Shown here: piece by piece, positions 59,168-64,000 of the stretch
Position numbering within the stretch: the first letter of the stretch is position 1
Layout: every line of letters begins with the position of its first letter
Origin: Planktothrix sp. GU0601_MAG3
Lineage (GTDB): Bacteria > Cyanobacteriota > Cyanobacteriia > Cyanobacteriales > Microcoleaceae
Direction: 5' to 3'
Length of the DNA stretch: 64,000 nt
NCBI GenBank assembly: GCA_035193785.1
Contig: CP136572.1
Location: 1,024,001-1,088,000, forward strand
Notes under the pieces: model-generated
The model's database searches: none
Told to the model about the DNA's origin: nothing
What the model saw: the letters and a program-made list of their open reading frames with translations, nothing else
Translations under genes and position numbers: made by a program

Positions 59168-61693
59168 ATTAGGGGTCGAGGGGGGCTTTGCAACCCCCGA
59201 CTCCCATTCAAAACCGTGCTTGCGACTTTCACCGCACACGGCTCCTAGTCTAGTTGACTGTTATCATCAGAGCATTCATCTTCTTTTTGAGTTGTAAGAC
59301 CCATCAGTTGATGTTTTAATATCGTGACAATGGCGATGTAGTAATTGCAGGTTTTTATATTCATCTTTTCCACCTTTCGATGTTGGGATAATATGGTCGA
59401 TTTCTGCAATATCTTCCGGGGTGAAATATTGCCCACAGAAGTTACATTTACCTTTCTGTTTTTTAAGCTGAAATGCTACTTTGTTGGGTACATCAAAAGA
59501 CGTACCTTTTCTTGTACTCCAGTATGTCCAGTTTCCGTCATAGGGTGATGCTTCAGGTCTTACAGTTGTGTTGCGGGTGATAGGTGTTTTTGCATGGGTT
59601 AGTAGTTTATAGCCATCTTTGGTTTCAAAACTCCATGCTCTATCCCCATCTTTTCTGAAATAGTTTTTCAGTTTTCCGTAACTTGCTTTACCGCATCTTC
59701 TGACTGTCCATGCTCTTAATCTTTGCCATGTCATGTGGTCTAAGGAGGAGAACGTTTCTTTTGAAACGACTTTGGAGTGATAATTACACCATCCTCTTAT
59801 GACCGGATTCAGGTTTTTAATTAATGCGTATTGAGGTGAGGATTTGTGGTTGTTTATCACTTCCTTTACCTTATCCGCGTGAGCTTTAATTGCTTTCTTG
59901 CTAGGTTTTATTAGGAGTTTAAATCCTATGGGTTTTCCGCTTCTATTTTTCCCAGATTGATGTTTACCAACTGGGTATTGCCGGAAATTCCAACCTAGGA
60001 AGTCGAATCCTGGTGCTACCTTTTCGCCATTTACTTCGATTTCTCTAAGTGTGTGGCATATTCGGGTTTTAGCTGGTTTCAGTTTCTAACCCTATGGGTT
60101 TTAACCATTCTTCGATGGCAATTTTGCACTGTTGTATAATTTCTAATTGTGGACTAACCACAATAAAATCATCGGCATATCTGATGACTTTGGCTTGAAC
60201 TGTACTTTTCTTCTTTGGAAAGTTTTGGTCAATTAGCCTAATCATTCCATCCAGTGCGATGTTTGCAAGTAGAGGACTAATGACTCCTCCTTGTGGAGTG
60301 CCTTCCTCTGTTGTCTTAAATATGCCGTTGTCCATAATTCCAGCTTTTAACCATTGTCTGATTTGGGCTTTCATTGTTGATGGACAATCGATTTTGGACA
60401 TAAGGTAATCATGGTTAATCCTGTCGTAACACTTTGAGATGTCAGCATCCAATATGTAGTAATCTAATTTGTGGATACTTTGGAAGATTCGTGACATTGC
60501 GTCGTGGGCTGAACGTCCGGGTCTGAATCCGTAGCTTTCACCCTCGAATCTGGCTTCCCATTGTGGCTCTAACGCCGATTTAACCAAGGCTTGCCTAGCT
60601 CTATCGTTTATAGTTGGGATTCCTAGAGGACGTTCTTCTCCGTTGGGTTTGGGTATCCATTTCCTTCGGAGTGGTTTCGCCTTTTGGTATTTACTTAGAC
60701 TTTCAGCAAGTTCTAATCGTTGTTTGGGTGTGATGGATTTGACCCCATCTACCCCGGCTGTTCTCTTGCCTTGATTGTCCTGCGTAACCCTTCTAACTGC
60801 TAAGAGTCTGGCGTAATATGACTTAATTAGAAGTTTTTGGAGCTTCCGAGATGCGGCATTTTGTCCCGATAATGATGCCTGGTAAATTCGCTTTTGCAGC
60901 TTGAATACTTTTCGTTGGACTTTCGCCCAATTGATTGTATTCCATGCTTCCGTAGTCTTAAAACTCGTTTTCACCGTTTATACTGCTAGTTGTGACTTTA
61001 CCTAACAACTAAACCGGAATCTATGGGCGTATCTTAAACATTACATTTAAGCATTAGCTTCAGATTCCATCTCTCGCCCTCATAACATACGCCTTAGATT
61101 TGTGACTACCTAACAGTATTCGACCACTGTAGGGGTTAATGAGGGATTTTAACGTTCCTTGAAAATGGGTATTATTGCCTTTAGAATCATCCTATCCGCC
61201 GGGGTACTTTTGGGAGTCTTGTAAGTATTGAAAGAAAAAACCTTACCTTTATAGAAGTGTATAAAGACTTCTATCTATTCCCCTTGTTCTTTTGAACGCA
61301 GTGTATTACAGTCAATTTCACTACTTAATAATTACGACGGTTCAAGCCGGATGTTCACTTTCGTTATTCTTGGGCAATTGGCTAAAGAACTGCTTAGGTA
61401 TTTGACCTATACCCGATTTCCCTTTATTCCCAGCTTCAGTGTTTTGATAATCAGTCTGGCACTGTGGGAATTGCCGAATCTCTTTGGAGTTGGCTACCGT
61501 ACTTTTTTTGGGGTTCGGGAAGCCGCACCATTGACTCCGAGATTGACCTTCCTTTAAGGTCACATTTCCAAAGTTAAGATAGGTTTGATTGGATTTATTA
61601 GTGGATTTAACTCCATTTACCAATTGTCTAAACCTATCTCCCTGCTTACGTTTCGGGGTTTTGACCCTAGACTTTGGCAGGAACGTTTCGCAC
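59168..61693 (-). mobile_element. Group II intron (full length, about 2.5 kb)
   Basis: 5' end GTGCG at 61693; domain V GAGCCGTGTGCGGTGAAAGTCGCAAGCACGGTT; domain VI ending CCCCTAAT at 59168; encodes an RT-maturase. Confidence 0.93.
59276..60974 (-). CDS. ltrA: Group II intron reverse transcriptase/maturase with HNH endonuclease (apparent frameshift near 60084)
   Basis: RPLGIP, SYGFRPGRS, GTPQGGVISPLLAN, RYADD, LNPVIRGW and CNFC...DHIIP...HRHCH motifs. Confidence 0.94.
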
Positions 61694-61957
61694 TCTTTTC
61701 TTTATCTTAATACTTTTTTCCATAAATTAGCAGTAGACTTACAACTTAGGAGAGAAATTGGAACCCAACCCAAAATCATCGAGATAAACAACACAAGCGT
61801 TGTTTATACAACTCCCAACCTAGTCTATAATCCGTGAGTCCCCAAGGTTCATGATTAAAATTGTGACCCTTTTGTGGTGAACTGAACCCAACTTTTCTGA
61901 AGGTATCTTTGATTACAAAATGAGTGACAATCCAGATCATTAGTAGAGAATAGAACT

Positions 61958-62489
61958 ATGCAATCTTCTACGGGAAACTACTGCAAAAACTGATAAACCA
62001 AAAGCTGAAGCCACAAAAGGAGGCGATAAACGGTTTAAAGTCCTGGATATGACCATGAAGCGCAACCAATATCGTCAGGACGCTTTAATTGAAGTGCTAC
62101 ACAAAGCCCAAGAATCCTTTGGCTTTTTGGAAGAAGATGTTTTAATTTATGTGGCGAGAAATCTGAAACTTCCCCTCAGTTATGTTTATGGAGTCGCCAC
62201 CTTCTATCATTTATTCTCCCTTAAACCCAATGGTGCCCATACCTGTGTAGTTTGTTTAGGAACAGCTTGTTACGTTAAAGGGGGCGGGGACGTCTTAACC
62301 GCCTTAGAAGCCAAAACCGGAATTAAAGCCGGGGAAACCACCGCCGATGGTCAAATTTCAATTATGACCGCCCGTTGTATTGGAGCCTGTGGCATTGCTC
62401 CAGCCGTTGTGTTTGATGGCAAAGTCGCCGCCCAACAGACCGCGGAGATGGCCTGTGAGCGGATAGCTGAATGGGAGCAGGGGGAGTAG
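61958..62489 (+). CDS. hoxE: Bidirectional hydrogenase diaphorase subunit HoxE (apparent frameshift near 61976)
   Basis: GVATFYHLF, VCLGTACYVKG and RCIGACG 2Fe-2S motifs. Confidence 0.95.
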
Positions 62490-62862
62490 GGGAGCAGGGG
62501 AGCCGGGGGAGCCGGGGAGCCGGGGGAGCCGGGGGAGCCGGGGGAGCCGGGGGTGCAGGGGGTGCAGGGGGAGCAGGGGGTGCAGGGGGTGCAGGGGGAG
62601 GTAAACCCATAACCTATTACCCATAACCCATCCGTAATTCGTAATTCCCCATAACCTATTACCCATAACCCATAACCTATTACCCATAACCTATTACCCA
62701 TAACCTATTACCCATTACCCATTACCCATTACCCATTACCCATTACCCATTACCCATTACCCATTACCCATTACCCATTACCCATTACCCATTACCTATT
62801 ACCCATTACCTATTACCTATTACCTATTACCTATTACCCATCCGTAATTCGTAATTCGTAAT
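62474..62862. repeat. Large compound STRR array (GGGGAGCC/GGGGTGCA, CCATTAC/CCATAAC/CTATTAC heptamers, ATTCGTA)
   Basis: Directly visible between hoxE and hoxF. Confidence 0.93.
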
Positions 62863-62891
62863 TGCCTACAATATAGAGGAAAACAAAAATT

Positions 62892-64000
62892 ATGGAATAT
62901 AGCGAATTATTAGAACTGGCCGAGAAGGAACAAAAATCCCACAAACCGATCCGGGTTCATTGTTGTACCTCAACCGGATGTGTGGCCTCAAATTCCTTGG
63001 GTGTCAAAGACCAAATGGATGCGGCGGTGAAAGCCGCCGGACTGGAGGAGAGGGTGCAAGTGGTCGGGGTGGGTTGTATGGGATTTTGTGGCCGCGGGCC
63101 GATCGTAGAAGTCGAACCCGCCGGACTCCAATACGAGAAAGTCACCCCGGAAGAAGCCCCGTCCATTATTGAGGCCCTGAGTGGAGGAGAAGCCAAACCC
63201 GTCCAAGGCGATCGCAATCATCCCTTTTTCAGTGGCCAACTGCTAATTGTGCGAGAAAATAGCGGTAAAATTGACCCAGAAAAAATTGGCGAATATATCG
63301 CCGTGGGTGGATACCAAGCCCTACACCATGCCATTTATGAAATGAGTCCGGCCGATGTGGTGGGGGAAATTACCAAATCTGGGCTACGGGGCCGAGGCGG
63401 GGCGGGATATCCCACGGGATTAAAATGGGCCACCGTTGCCAAAATGCCCCCGGGACAGAAATATGTGATCTGTAACGCCGATGAAGGAGATCCAGGCGCC
63501 TTTATGGATCGGAGTGTGTTGGAAAGTGACCCCCATCGGATTTTAGAGGGAATGGCGATCGCTGGATATGCCGTCGGTGCGACCCAGGGCTATATTTATG
63601 TCCGGGCCGAATATCCCCTAGCCATCTCCCGTCTACAAAAAGCCATCCAACAGGCCAAACGCCTAGGGATTTTAGGGAGTCAGGTCTTTGGGTCGGGGAT
63701 TGATTTCCGCATTGATATCCGGGTCGGGGCGGGGGCCTTTGTCTGTGGGGAAGAAACCGCCTTGATCGCTTCTATTGATGGGGGACGGGGTACGCCTCGC
63801 CCTCGCCCGCCCTATCCCGCCGTTTCTGGGTTATGGGGGGCTCCCACCTTAATTAATAACGTCGAAACCCTGGCTAATATTGCCCCAATTATTAAAAAAG
63901 GTAGCGACTGGTTTTCCAGTATTGGGACGGAAAAAAGCAAGGGGACTAAAATTTTCTCCCTCACGGGCAAAATTCGGAATACCGGTTTAATTGAAGTCCC
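62892..64000 (+). CDS. hoxF: Bidirectional hydrogenase diaphorase subunit HoxF (runs off the window)
   Basis: Manual translation MEYSELLELAEKE...CCTSTGC...GCMGFCGRGP...SGLRGRGGAGYPTG...CNADEGDPGAFMDR...GAGAFVCGEETAL. Confidence 0.96.
   Translation, partial: MEYSELLELAEKEQKSHKPIRVHCCTSTGCVASNSLGVKDQMDAAVKAAGLEERVQVVGVGCMGFCGRGPIVEVEPAGLQYEKVTPEEAPSIIEALSGGEAKPVQGDRNHPFFSGQLLIVRENSGKIDPEKIGEYIAVGGYQALHHAIYEMSPADVVGEITKSGLRGRGGAGYPTGLKWATVAKMPPGQKYVICNADEGDPGAFMDRSVLESDPHRILEGMAIAGYAVGATQGYIYVRAEYPLAISRLQKAIQQAKRLGILGSQVFGSGIDFRIDIRVGAGAFVCGEETALIASIDGGRGTPRPRPPYPAVSGLWGAPTLINNVETLANIAPIIKKGSDWFSSIGTEKSKGTKIFSLTGKIRNTGLIEV

Noticed and set aside
61342..61837. Short ORFs upstream of the intron RT
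   Set aside because: They overlap intron RNA domain I and the exon junction and show no protein motifs

Overview
This is a chromosomal window from a filamentous cyanobacterium (Planktothrix/Oscillatoriales-like), based on frequent HIP1 GCGATCGC sites, STRR-type short tandem repeats, pipX-pipY-sepF-proC and a prenylagaramide-type cyanobactin locus. Housekeeping content includes der, hemE, thrS, gap, pfkA, thrB, kdpABGCD, rplY, nifJ, hypC and hoxEF. Accessory content: (i) a rearranged, heterocyclase-less cyanobactin cluster (G divergent; E-F-A-B-C) with a single two-cysteine core TECDIFTRQCTP; (ii) a DUF559 endonuclease gene inside that cluster, bracketed by inverted arrays of CCCCCCTT/AAGGGGGG palindromes, with gene-less relatives elsewhere in the window; (iii) a four-helix-bundle gene bracketed by mutually complementary STRR arrays inside the der-ecfT gene run; (iv) an IS605-type element with TnpB and a tnpA remnant; (v) a complete group II intron whose removal restores a 50-codon ORF upstream of hypC; (vi) a MITE family with 5-bp target duplications, several GTAG-REP families, a Uma2 gene and a RelE/ParE TA pair. 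About 30 genes are split by frameshifts. Nearly all of those I inspected are an extra base turning GAAC into GAAAC (GTTC into GTTTC), so I treat them as a systematic sequencing artefact rather than pseudogenisation.
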